From NCBI GenBank assembly GCA_045535075.1, contig JAZSKX010000007.1, positions 64,001 to 128,000 on the forward strand: a stretch of DNA of 64,000 nucleotides, in the 5' to 3' direction. A program made the translations under genes and the position numbers. Numbering within the stretch: the stretch's first letter is position 1; the number at the start of each line of letters is the position of its first letter. Source of the DNA: Candidatus Spyradenecus sp. GTDB taxonomy: Bacteria; Verrucomicrobiota; Verrucomicrobiia; Opitutales; UBA953. Shown one piece after another: positions 18,890-27,467 of this stretch. The notes beneath the pieces were generated by a model. That model was given only the letters and a program-made list of their open reading frames with translations. It was not told where the DNA came from and made no database searches.

Positions 18890-20611
18890 ATGACAATGCT
18901 ACTTTTTCAGGTCTTCGGTGGCTTGGCGATTTTCATCTTCGGGATGAAATTGATGGGCGACGGCCTCCATAACGTTGCCGGAGACAAAATGCGAACGGTC
19001 TTGCGCCTCTTCTCCGCAAACCGCTTTGTCGGAATCCTTTCCGGCGCAACCGTCACGGCGGTTATTCAGTCCTCAAGCGCGAGCACCGTCATGGTTATCG
19101 GCTTCGTCAACGCGGGGCTTCTGACGCTTGTGCAAGCGATAGCAATTATTTTCGGCGCAAATATCGGGACGACGATTACCGCGCAAATTGTCGCCTTCGA
19201 CATCGAGTGGATTATCATGCCGTCGATCATTCTCGGCTTGCTGTTGAGCTTCGTTCCCGCGCGCTCGATTCGCAATTGGAGCGAGACGGTCATCGGGCTC
19301 GGCTTCATCTTCCTCGGCATGACGCTGATGAGCGACGAGCTCAAGGAACTTGCGAAAGATCCCGCGTTCATGCAACTTTTTCAAACCTTTAAATGCGCTC
19401 CCGTCGACGGCGTGATTCCGCCGCTCGCGCTCCTCGGCGCAATCGGCGTCGGCTTGGTCGCGACGTTTATCGTGCAAAGCAGTTCGGCGGTTTCCGGGAT
19501 TGTTATCGCGCTCGGCGTCGGCGGACTCGTCGACCTTTACACGGCGGTGGCGTTGATTCTCGGTTCGAACATCGGGACGACGGTTACGGCGCAGCTCGCG
19601 TCGCTTACGGCAAACCGCGTGGCAAAGCAGGCGGCTCTCGCACACACGCTCTTCAATGTGCTCGGCGTGATCATTATCGCGGGAACGTTCTGGTTCACGA
19701 TTGACGGCGTGCCGATTTTCTTTAAAGCGGTTCAATTCTTCTCGGGAACATCCGGTCTTTCCCCGGAAGAAGCTCAGGGCTCGCTTGCTCGCGAAATTGC
19801 GAATGCACATACGATTTTCAATGTAACGGCAACGGTTATTTTGGTCGGATTCATTCCGCTCTTGGCAAAAATCTGCGAAAAAGTGATTCCGCTCGAAAAG
19901 GAAAAAACAAAGTTCCAACGCCTCGAACCGCACTTGCTTTACACGCCGTCCATCGCGCTGGCGCAAACGGCGGGAGCGCTTCGCAAAATGCTGAAAAAAT
20001 CTTGGAAAATCGTCGATTGCGCGCTTTGTCTTTACAATAAAAACGACGAGAAAAATCAGGCAGTTCTCAAGCAACTCGAAAAGCGCGAAGCGGACGTTGA
20101 CGAACGCCAAAAAGACATCACGGAATATTTGGCGAAGCTTATGCAGGTCCAGCTCACGACGCAGGAAGCCGAGCAAATTCCGTTGCTTTTGCACTGCACG
20201 AACGACGCGGAACGCCTTGGCGATTTGGCGTCCGACATTCGCGACATCATGAACCGCGTTCACGCGAACAAATACAAATTCAGCGAAAAAGCGGAAAAGG
20301 AATTTGACGATTTACACGCGCTTTTGACGAGCCTTGCGGATCTCGCGATTCGTCTTCTGGAAAAGAAATCGACGGACACGCTTCTTGAAGCGAAAGGCAC
20401 GAAGCGCAAGATGAAAGATTTGCTCAATGCGGTTGAAGCTGACCACATGGCGCGCGTGAACGGCGGTTCCTGCTTGCCTGAAGTGAGCATTCTTTATCTG
20501 GAGTTGCTCGAAAATCTTCGCAAGATTTACAAAAACGTTGCGAACATCATCGACCGCGCGGAAATGTTTTACGACAAACTTCCGAAGCAACGTTCCGGCG
20601 CGCCAGCTTAA
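18890..20611 (+). CDS. Na+/Pi cotransporter family protein with PhoU-like C-terminus (copy 1)
   Basis: Two QSSS repeats, GANIGTT/GSNIGTT, C-terminal helical domain with D.ERLGD. Confidence 0.92.
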   Translation: MTMLLFQVFGGLAIFIFGMKLMGDGLHNVAGDKMRTVLRLFSANRFVGILSGATVTAVIQSSSASTVMVIGFVNAGLLTLVQAIAIIFGANIGTTITAQIVAFDIEWIIMPSIILGLLLSFVPARSIRNWSETVIGLGFIFLGMTLMSDELKELAKDPAFMQLFQTFKCAPVDGVIPPLALLGAIGVGLVATFIVQSSSAVSGIVIALGVGGLVDLYTAVALILGSNIGTTVTAQLASLTANRVAKQAALAHTLFNVLGVIIIAGTFWFTIDGVPIFFKAVQFFSGTSGLSPEEAQGSLAREIANAHTIFNVTATVILVGFIPLLAKICEKVIPLEKEKTKFQRLEPHLLYTPSIALAQTAGALRKMLKKSWKIVDCALCLYNKNDEKNQAVLKQLEKREADVDERQKDITEYLAKLMQVQLTTQEAEQIPLLLHCTNDAERLGDLASDIRDIMNRVHANKYKFSEKAEKEFDDLHALLTSLADLAIRLLEKKSTDTLLEAKGTKRKMKDLLNAVEADHMARVNGGSCLPEVSILYLELLENLRKIYKNVANIIDRAEMFYDKLPKQRSGAPA

Positions 20612-20678
20612 ACATTGCGCCGCGCAGGGCAGGCGTTTTTGCCTTAGAAAGGCGAAATTTCTGTTCTCTTTTCCAAAC

Positions 20679-20720
20679 AAAAAAGCGTTCCCGTGACGAT
20701 CTCGCGGGAACGCTTTTTTT
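20679..20720 (+). terminator. Terminator built from the inverted motif pair
   Basis: A6-GCGTTCCCGTGA-CGATC-TCGCGGGAACGC-T7. Confidence 0.9.
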
Positions 20721-20858
20721 GAATCCTTAAGTAAAGATTGAATTCGCCGGCTTCGTCGATCCGCCCGCATTCGATTGACTTTTTGAAGGAAACTCGGGAA
20801 ACTCGAAGCCTCTCATTTGAAGTTTCTTTCAAGGATTTAACCCAACCCAATTAACACT

Positions 20859-22553
20859 ATGACGATGCTGCTTCTAAACGTTTTCGGCGGCTTAGCGATT
20901 TTCATCTTCGGGATGAAATTGATGAGCGACGGGCTTCACAATGTTGCCGGAGACAAAATGCGAACGGTCTTACGCCTCTTCTCCGCAAATCGCTTTGTCG
21001 GAATCCTTTCCGGCGCAACCGTCACGGCGGTGGTTCAATCTTCGAGCGCGAGTACCGTCATGGTTATCGGCTTCGTCAATGCGGGTCTTCTGACGCTTGT
21101 GCAAGCGATAGCGATTATTTTCGGCGCGAACATCGGGACGACGATTACCGCGCAAATTGTCGCTTTCGACATCGAGTGGATTATCATGCCGTCGATCATT
21201 CTCGGCTTGCTGTTAAGCTTCGTTCCCGCGCGCTCGATTCGCAATTGGAGCGAAACGGTCATCGGGCTCGGTTTTATCTTCTTCGGCATGACACTGATGA
21301 GCGGGCAACTCAAAACGCTCTCGACCGATCCCGCGTTCATGCAGCTTTTCCAAACTTTTAACTGCGCTCCCGTCGACGGCGTGATTCCCCCGCTCGCGCT
21401 CCTCGGCGCAATCGGTGTCGGCGTGATTGCGACATTCATCGTGCAAAGCAGTTCGGCGGTTTCCGGGATCGTTATCGCGCTCGGCGTCGGCGGGCTTGTC
21501 GATATTTACACGGCGGTGGCGTTGATTCTCGGTTCAAATATCGGGACGACGGTTACGGCGCAGCTCGCGTCGCTCACGGCAAACCGCGTGGCGAAGCAGG
21601 CGGCGCTCGCGCACACGCTTTTCAATGTGCTCGGCGTGGTCATTATCGCGGGAACGTTCTGGTTCACGATTGACGGCGAACCGATTTTCTTTAAAGCGGT
21701 AACGTGGTTCTCTGACGGGAACGATTTGCCGCGTCAAATCGCAAACGCGCATACGCTTTTCAACGTTACGGCGACCGTCGTCTTGGTCGGATTTATTCCG
21801 CTTCTGGCGAAAATTTGCGAGCGCGTCATTCCGCTCGACAAAGGACAGACCAAATTCCAACGCTTGGAGCAACACCTGCTTTACACGCCGTCCATCGCGC
21901 TGGCGCAAACGGCGGGAGCGCTTCGCAAAATGCTGAAAAAATCCTGGCAGATCGTCGATTGCACGCTTTGCCTTTACAATAAAAACGACGAGAAAAATCA
22001 GGCGGTTCTCAAGCAACTCGAAAAGCGCGAGGCGGATATTGACGAGCGTCAAAAAGATATTACGGATTACCTCGCGAAACTCATGCAGGTTAAACTCACG
22101 ACGCAGGAAGCCGAGCAAATTCCGTTGCTTTTGCACTGCACGAACGACGCGGAACGCCTCGGTGATTTGGCTGCCGACATTCGCGACATCATGAACCGCG
22201 TTCACGCGAACAAATACAAATTCAGCGAAAAAGCGGAAAAGGAATTTGACGATTTACACACGCTTTTGACGAGCCTTGCAGATCTCGCGATTCGTCTTCT
22301 GGAAAAGAAATCGACGGACACGCTTCTTGAAGCGAAAGGCACGAAGCGCAAGATGAAAGATTTGCTCAATGCGGTTGAAGCCGACCACATGGCGCGCGTG
22401 AACGGCGGGTCCTGCTTGCCTGAAGTGAGCATTCTTTATCTGGAGTTGCTCGAAAATCTTCGCAAGATTTACAAAAACGTTGCGAACATCATCGACCGCG
22501 CGGAAATGTTTTACGACAAACTTCCGAAGCAACGCGCGGGCGCGCCCGCTTAA
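20859..22553 (+). CDS. Na+/Pi cotransporter family protein (copy 2, tandem paralog)
   Basis: Near-identical to 18890..20611 over most of its length. Confidence 0.92.
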   Translation: MTMLLLNVFGGLAIFIFGMKLMSDGLHNVAGDKMRTVLRLFSANRFVGILSGATVTAVVQSSSASTVMVIGFVNAGLLTLVQAIAIIFGANIGTTITAQIVAFDIEWIIMPSIILGLLLSFVPARSIRNWSETVIGLGFIFFGMTLMSGQLKTLSTDPAFMQLFQTFNCAPVDGVIPPLALLGAIGVGVIATFIVQSSSAVSGIVIALGVGGLVDIYTAVALILGSNIGTTVTAQLASLTANRVAKQAALAHTLFNVLGVVIIAGTFWFTIDGEPIFFKAVTWFSDGNDLPRQIANAHTLFNVTATVVLVGFIPLLAKICERVIPLDKGQTKFQRLEQHLLYTPSIALAQTAGALRKMLKKSWQIVDCTLCLYNKNDEKNQAVLKQLEKREADIDERQKDITDYLAKLMQVKLTTQEAEQIPLLLHCTNDAERLGDLAADIRDIMNRVHANKYKFSEKAEKEFDDLHTLLTSLADLAIRLLEKKSTDTLLEAKGTKRKMKDLLNAVEADHMARVNGGSCLPEVSILYLELLENLRKIYKNVANIIDRAEMFYDKLPKQRAGAPA

Positions 22554-22620
22554 ACATCGCGCCGCGCAGGACAGGCATTTTTGCCTTAAACAGGCAAAAT
22601 TTCTGTTCTCTTTTCCAAAC

Positions 22621-22661
22621 AAAAAAGCGTTCCCGTGACGATCTCGCGGGAACGCTTTTTT
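22621..22661. terminator. Bidirectional terminator built from the inverted motif pair
   Basis: A6-GCGTTCCCGTGA-CGATC-TCGCGGGAACGC-T6 between convergent genes. Confidence 0.9.
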
Positions 22662-22675
22662 GTTTTCTCGGATTG

Positions 22676-23446
22676 TTAGTCCTGCTGTTTCTTAGGTTTG
22701 CGTCCGCGACGCTTTTTTTCCGGTTTCGGTTCTTCGAGTCCGAGACCATCGTCAAACTCGCTAGGGCGATCGTCGTCTTCGTCGTCCCAGCGCATGGTTT
22801 CGTCCTCTTCGAGGTCCTTATCATCGAATTCGGCGATATCTTTAACGGCGGAGAAGTCTTCTTCGCTTTTGGTTTTGAGCTTTTCGTCGTCATCATCGCT
22901 TCCGCTGATTTCGAAACCGTCGGGGATGAATTCGAGGATATCGATAATTTCGCGGAAGAGGTGCGTGGCGCGTCCTTCCATGAAGGCTTGTGTTTGTGCG
23001 TCGCGAATTTGTTCTTCGAGTTCCGTGGTTGTGAATTTCTGTTCGAAATCGATTTTGTCGTTCAGATAATTCACACGCAATTTCGTGATGTGGGAGAGGA
23101 AATCGGCGTAGGTGTTCTTGTTTTCGTCGAGTGTGTCCGGAAGTGCAAAAAGTTCTTCGTCGGTATCGAAGAAGGTTTCGTTGACGCGAACGAGGCGTGC
23201 GGTTTTGTCCGGATTGATTTTTTGGAGTTGGAACGGGATGAATGCATTCTCGACGATATCCATCGACAGCCCGTAGTCGCGCATGGCGTCGAGCAGGTCG
23301 AGGATGTAGCTCATTTGGCGCGGATCAATGATGGAGAGCGAATCAATGTCCCACTGAACGGGAATGCTCAGTTCTTTGATCCACCAATTCATGTCGTCTC
23401 CGAATCGGATTTCACACCAAGTCAATTGCGGCGTATTATTTTTCAT
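22676..23446 (-). CDS. Hypothetical protein with highly acidic C-terminal region and basic tail
   Basis: 256-aa ORF with coherent codon usage; D/E-rich tail ending in KKRRGRKPKK. Confidence 0.75.
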   Translation of the reverse strand: MKNNTPQLTWCEIRFGDDMNWWIKELSIPVQWDIDSLSIIDPRQMSYILDLLDAMRDYGLSMDIVENAFIPFQLQKINPDKTARLVRVNETFFDTDEELFALPDTLDENKNTYADFLSHITKLRVNYLNDKIDFEQKFTTTELEEQIRDAQTQAFMEGRATHLFREIIDILEFIPDGFEISGSDDDDEKLKTKSEEDFSAVKDIAEFDDKDLEEDETMRWDDEDDDRPSEFDDGLGLEEPKPEKKRRGRKPKKQQD

Positions 23447-23463
23447 ATGTGTTCTGTTGTATT

Positions 23464-23498
23464 AAAAAAACTCCGGGACGCGAACGTTCCGGAGTTTT
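23464..23498 (-). terminator. Terminator after the OmpA/Pal gene
   Basis: AAAACTCCGG...CCGGAGTTTT hairpin with an A7 tract (U-tract on the minus strand). Confidence 0.75.
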
Positions 23499-23513
23499 GT
23501 TTGAATTAAAGAT

Positions 23514-24080
23514 TTAGTTCGCGGCGTTCCCGTCAACAACGATAACTTTGCGGTCTTCTTTGACTTCTTCTCGGGTGCCGCTCTTTTTTGCGAATTGCTC
23601 GCCCATTGCCTGAATCTGTGCGCTTTGTGCGCCGCCGATTTGGTTCAGGTATTTTTTCACGGATTGGGCACGGCGGTCGGAAAGCGCAAGATTGTAATCG
23701 TCGCTTCCGAGATAGTCGGTGTATCCGACGATGTAGATGGCATCTCCGCGGGTTTGGTCGGCCACGGCGTCAAGCTTGGCGCGTCCTTCGGCATCAACCG
23801 AGAATTTATCGAATCCGAAATAAATCGTGCAAAGTTTGGCTTCTTCGGGGATTTGGTTGTTTGCGAACCATGCGGCGACTTTTTCGTCCGTCGTCCGGGT
23901 GTCAGCTTCTTCAATGACATCCTGTTCGCCGAGATCGCCGGATTCGACTGCCGTGATGTCGCCTTGGCCGTTGCCGAGTGCGGGTTTGACGTTGGCTCCG
24001 TCTTCCGGTCCGCGTTTGGGTGTGCAACCGACGATTGCGAGTGATGCGAGAAGAACAAGTAGGGTTTTAATGGAATTCAT
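23514..24080 (-). CDS. OmpA-family (Pal-like) lipoprotein
   Basis: Lipobox IVGC; IYFGFDK, GYTD.LGS..YNLALSDRRA.SV. Confidence 0.88.
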   Translation of the reverse strand: MNSIKTLLVLLASLAIVGCTPKRGPEDGANVKPALGNGQGDITAVESGDLGEQDVIEEADTRTTDEKVAAWFANNQIPEEAKLCTIYFGFDKFSVDAEGRAKLDAVADQTRGDAIYIVGYTDYLGSDDYNLALSDRRAQSVKKYLNQIGGAQSAQIQAMGEQFAKKSGTREEVKEDRKVIVVDGNAAN

Positions 24081-24118
24081 GGTCGACTTTCTTTTATTTT
24101 ATGAATGGCGAAAATGAA

Positions 24119-24147
24119 ATGTTAAACGCGCCGTTCCCGCAAGACAA
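24119..24147 (-). promoter_or_regulatory. Candidate promoter of the pal-like gene with the motif in its spacer
   Basis: Minus strand TTGTCT-TGCGGGAACGGCGCGTT(17)-TAACAT. Confidence 0.5.
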
Positions 24148-24165
24148 ATCATGTTTGCGGAGGTT

Positions 24166-24756
24166 TCAATTTTCGGCGGAGTCAACAGCAGATTTGTCCG
24201 GATGATTTGCGGAAGAATGGCAGGTGCAGGAATGACAATGAATGATGCGGGGACTTAGAGGGAGGTATTTTCCTAGAATCCAAGAAATCAGGATCGTTCC
24301 CGCGGCGACTAGGAGGATACCGGCAATGAATTTTCGGGCGTAAGGCGGCGGTTGCTGAGTTTGAATGTCCGGCGCGGGAACGGCATTCCCGTTTTCGTTT
24401 GAAAATTCATAGACAGGCAGGAAGAGAACGGATTCGGCGTTCCCGTTTCTCTGCTCGACGAAAATCCATTTACTGTTTTTCGGGACGCGCAATTCGCTGC
24501 CGTCGTTCCCGCGAAGCAGGTAGGTTTCCGCGTCGGCTTCGGCGATTGTGCCTTTTTCGCAGGAGCGTTTTTTGATGCTGCATCTAAGCAGCCATTGAAA
24601 AATGAGCAAGCCGGAAAATACTGAGAAAAACAGGAGTGCAACGTAGGTGCGGAAGTAAACGATGCACAGCAGAGCAACAAGCACTCCGCTAAATGATTGG
24701 ATCATCATGAGATCCCATGAACGAAGTCCGATGCGGTGAAACAGTGCTTTTTTCAT
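24166..24756 (-). CDS. Hypothetical membrane protein
   Basis: Three hydrophobic segments; starts 3 nt after the SNF2 stop. Confidence 0.6.
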   Translation of the reverse strand: MKKALFHRIGLRSWDLMMIQSFSGVLVALLCIVYFRTYVALLFFSVFSGLLIFQWLLRCSIKKRSCEKGTIAEADAETYLLRGNDGSELRVPKNSKWIFVEQRNGNAESVLFLPVYEFSNENGNAVPAPDIQTQQPPPYARKFIAGILLVAAGTILISWILGKYLPLSPRIIHCHSCTCHSSANHPDKSAVDSAEN

Positions 24757-24759
24757 GGT

Positions 24760-27297
24760 TTATTCAGAAAGTTCAATGAGTGATTCGAGCGACGGGAAGT
24801 GCTGCGCCCAGTCCGACATATCCGGAATGCCGCCGACGAGCGCGTCGAAGAGTTCCCGTTTTTGTTGCTTAAGTTTTTCGATGCGTTCTTCGATCGTTCC
24901 CGCCGCAACCATGCGGTAGACAAAGACACGTTTTTGCTGCCCGATGCGGTGAACGCGGTCGATTGCTTGTTCTTCGACGGCGGGATTCCACCAAGGATCG
25001 AGAAGAAAAACGTATTCCGCGCTGTGTAATGTTAGTCCGGTACCGCCGGCGCGTAGACTGACGAGGAAAATGGCGGGACCGCTCGCAGTTTGGAATGCTT
25101 GAACGGGCGTTTCGCGGTCGATTGTTTTTCCCGTAAGCATGAATTGCGGCGTTTCCGGAAAGCGTTCCCGCAGGGCGGTTTGAACGCGTTCGAGCAGCAT
25201 GACGAACTGGCTGAAAATGACGATTTTCCCGTTGTTGTCGATGATTTCCTGGACGCGGTCGAGCAGGGCAGAAATTTTCCCGGAGTGCTCGTGAGAAAGC
25301 TCCGAACATCCCGGAAGCAATGCGGGATCGCATGCCGCTTGGCGCAAGCGCATGAGCAACGTGAGCAGGTTGCTCGGGTTTTCCCGCAATGCGCTTTGAG
25401 CGGAAATTCCGGCGCGAATGTTTTTCCGATAGCCTTCCAGTCCGTTTTGCACGATTGCGCGATAGTGTTCCCGTTGCAAATCGAGCATCGGGCAGAAAAG
25501 CAGATTTTGTGTTTTTTCGGGAAGTTCTTTGGCAACTTCGCGTTTGGTACGGCGCAGGATAAAAGGCGCGATTTGGGTTTTGAGCTTTTCGAGATTGGCG
25601 GAGCTGTTTTCCGCGTCTGCGAGCGCGGTTTCGAGTTCGGTACGTCGTCCTAAAAGTCCCGGCATGAGAAAGCGGAAAATCGTCCACAAATCCAAGTGGC
25701 GGTTTTCGATCGGCGTTCCCGTGAGCGCGAGCCGGTGCGTCGCGTTGATTTTCAAGCAGGCGCGGGCAACTTGCGTGTGCGGATTTTTGATGAATTGTGC
25801 TTCATCGAGAATCGCATAGGTAAATTTTTTTCGGGAAATTTTTCCTGCGCTTCGGCGCAGATGTCCGTAACTTGCGAGCGTAATTCTCGGGCGTTCCCGT
25901 GCGGAGGATTTTTTTTCCGAATTCAAAACGGAATAACTCAGTTGCGGGAAAAATTTCCGTATCTCGTTTTGCCAGACGGGAACGACAGACGCCGGGCAGA
26001 CGATAAGCGCGCTTGACGTTTTGCGCGTATCAAGTGCAAGTACGCTGAGAACTTGGATTGTTTTCCCGAGCCCCATTTCGTCGGCAACGAGCGGATGCGC
26101 GCCGCGGTCGAACATTTGACGGATCCAAGAAACGCCGCGAGCCTGATAAGGGCGCAAGAAATCCGGAATGTCCGCCGGAGTCTTGGGTTCCGCCAAAAAT
26201 TTTTTCCTCCAGGCGAGCAGCTTTCTGTCCGGAGTCAGCTTTAACGCGTCTTCATTTCGAAAGAGCGAAAGCAAGGTGTAAATCGGCATGCCGTGCGTGG
26301 CGGGATCGGGCCAATCGCTGATAAATTTTTGAGCGCGTCGGCGGATTCGGACAACGCCGCGCCCCGGCAGAAATACGGACTCGTCGGCGTGGCGCATGAC
26401 GATGCGGGATTCCTCGGGTGTGAGGCGCTCGCCGTCGATTTCAAAATTCCAAAGCAGGGAAAATGCGTCGGCGGATTCCGAATGAAGGACGGCTTCGGTT
26501 TCGAGTTCCCGCGGTTCGCTACGGAAGGTTTCGACGAGCTCGTCGTTTTCGATTTCAAAGCGTTCCCGCCATTTGTCGAGATGAGCGCTCGCAAATGCTG
26601 CGATCTGCGAATAGCCGTGGAGCGCATAGCAGGCGAGCTCGGAATCATAGGAAAAATAGGCGCGCCGGGCGAGCGTCGCCAGACGGATGAGTTGTTCGCG
26701 TTCTTTTTTTGAGAGCGATGCCGGGGCGGGTGCGTTTTTGCCGAGCGCGGGAACGCGTTCGCCCGTTTCCCGTATTTCCCAAAACGCGGAACAGGTCAGG
26801 CGTGTTGCCTCCGCCGAAAAAACGGGAACGAGCGTTTTTTCATCCGGCTGAGAGTCTGCGGGAACGCTTACCGGCGGCGTTTCCGGCTCGGCGGGTGTTT
26901 GCGGTTCGGAGCGCACTTCTCCGCTTTCAATCGGCAGACGCGGAAATTCCTCGGCGACAAATTCTTCGATGAAATACATTGCCGCTCCCGCAAACGGAGC
27001 CGCTTGCGTCCGTTCGGGCAGGGAACTGCGCCAGTGGAGCCAGCCTTTTTCGTCTGCCGAGAAAAAAATATGAATGTCGCCGTCTTCTTCCGTCCTGAAT
27101 TGGACGGACGCGGCGTTGTCTTCCAAAAAGATTTCTACGGGATGGGAAATTTTACGGTAACACGCCTGTGCATCTTCGAGAAATCCGTTGACTAAAAATG
27201 TTTCCCAACGTGCGTTCGGTTCGGATGCTAAGCGCTCTCCCCAGCACTTAAGCGCGCTGAGCGAAAAGCTCTTTTTTGTCGGCGGCACGTAAAACAT
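24760..27297 (-). CDS. SNF2/SWI2-family helicase-like ATPase
   Basis: LRPYQ..G, ADEMGLGKT, DEAQFIKN, LTGTPIEN, GGTGLTL, DPWWNPAVEEQAIDRVHRIGQ. Confidence 0.93.
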   Translation of the reverse strand: MFYVPPTKKSFSLSALKCWGERLASEPNARWETFLVNGFLEDAQACYRKISHPVEIFLEDNAASVQFRTEEDGDIHIFFSADEKGWLHWRSSLPERTQAAPFAGAAMYFIEEFVAEEFPRLPIESGEVRSEPQTPAEPETPPVSVPADSQPDEKTLVPVFSAEATRLTCSAFWEIRETGERVPALGKNAPAPASLSKKEREQLIRLATLARRAYFSYDSELACYALHGYSQIAAFASAHLDKWRERFEIENDELVETFRSEPRELETEAVLHSESADAFSLLWNFEIDGERLTPEESRIVMRHADESVFLPGRGVVRIRRRAQKFISDWPDPATHGMPIYTLLSLFRNEDALKLTPDRKLLAWRKKFLAEPKTPADIPDFLRPYQARGVSWIRQMFDRGAHPLVADEMGLGKTIQVLSVLALDTRKTSSALIVCPASVVPVWQNEIRKFFPQLSYSVLNSEKKSSARERPRITLASYGHLRRSAGKISRKKFTYAILDEAQFIKNPHTQVARACLKINATHRLALTGTPIENRHLDLWTIFRFLMPGLLGRRTELETALADAENSSANLEKLKTQIAPFILRRTKREVAKELPEKTQNLLFCPMLDLQREHYRAIVQNGLEGYRKNIRAGISAQSALRENPSNLLTLLMRLRQAACDPALLPGCSELSHEHSGKISALLDRVQEIIDNNGKIVIFSQFVMLLERVQTALRERFPETPQFMLTGKTIDRETPVQAFQTASGPAIFLVSLRAGGTGLTLHSAEYVFLLDPWWNPAVEEQAIDRVHRIGQQKRVFVYRMVAAGTIEERIEKLKQQKRELFDALVGGIPDMSDWAQHFPSLESLIELSE

Positions 27298-27467
27298 TTT
27301 TTAACCTCCATTGGATAATTTTCTTTCGCCGTTCTCAAGCGGGAAATTTTCAATTTTGCGGGAACGCGATAACGGGCGGCAACAAGCTCGTCCGCAGAAG
27401 AAAACCGATCGTGTAATTTACTGATTGTGTTTCCGGGGGGAATTTCGGAAAATGCGATTATTCAACT

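Larger units (their letters stand above)
18866..22661 (+). repeat. Tandem duplication: unit 1 ~18866-20720, unit 2 ~20835-22661
   Basis: Shared ATTTAACCCAAC...AACACTATG leader, CDS, and ~110 bp 3' region including an identical terminator. Confidence 0.92.

Noticed and set aside
24760..27297. SNF2 ATPase as part of an anti-phage defence system
   Set aside because: No adjacent methylase, nuclease or other defence genes; host-like composition with normal motif density.
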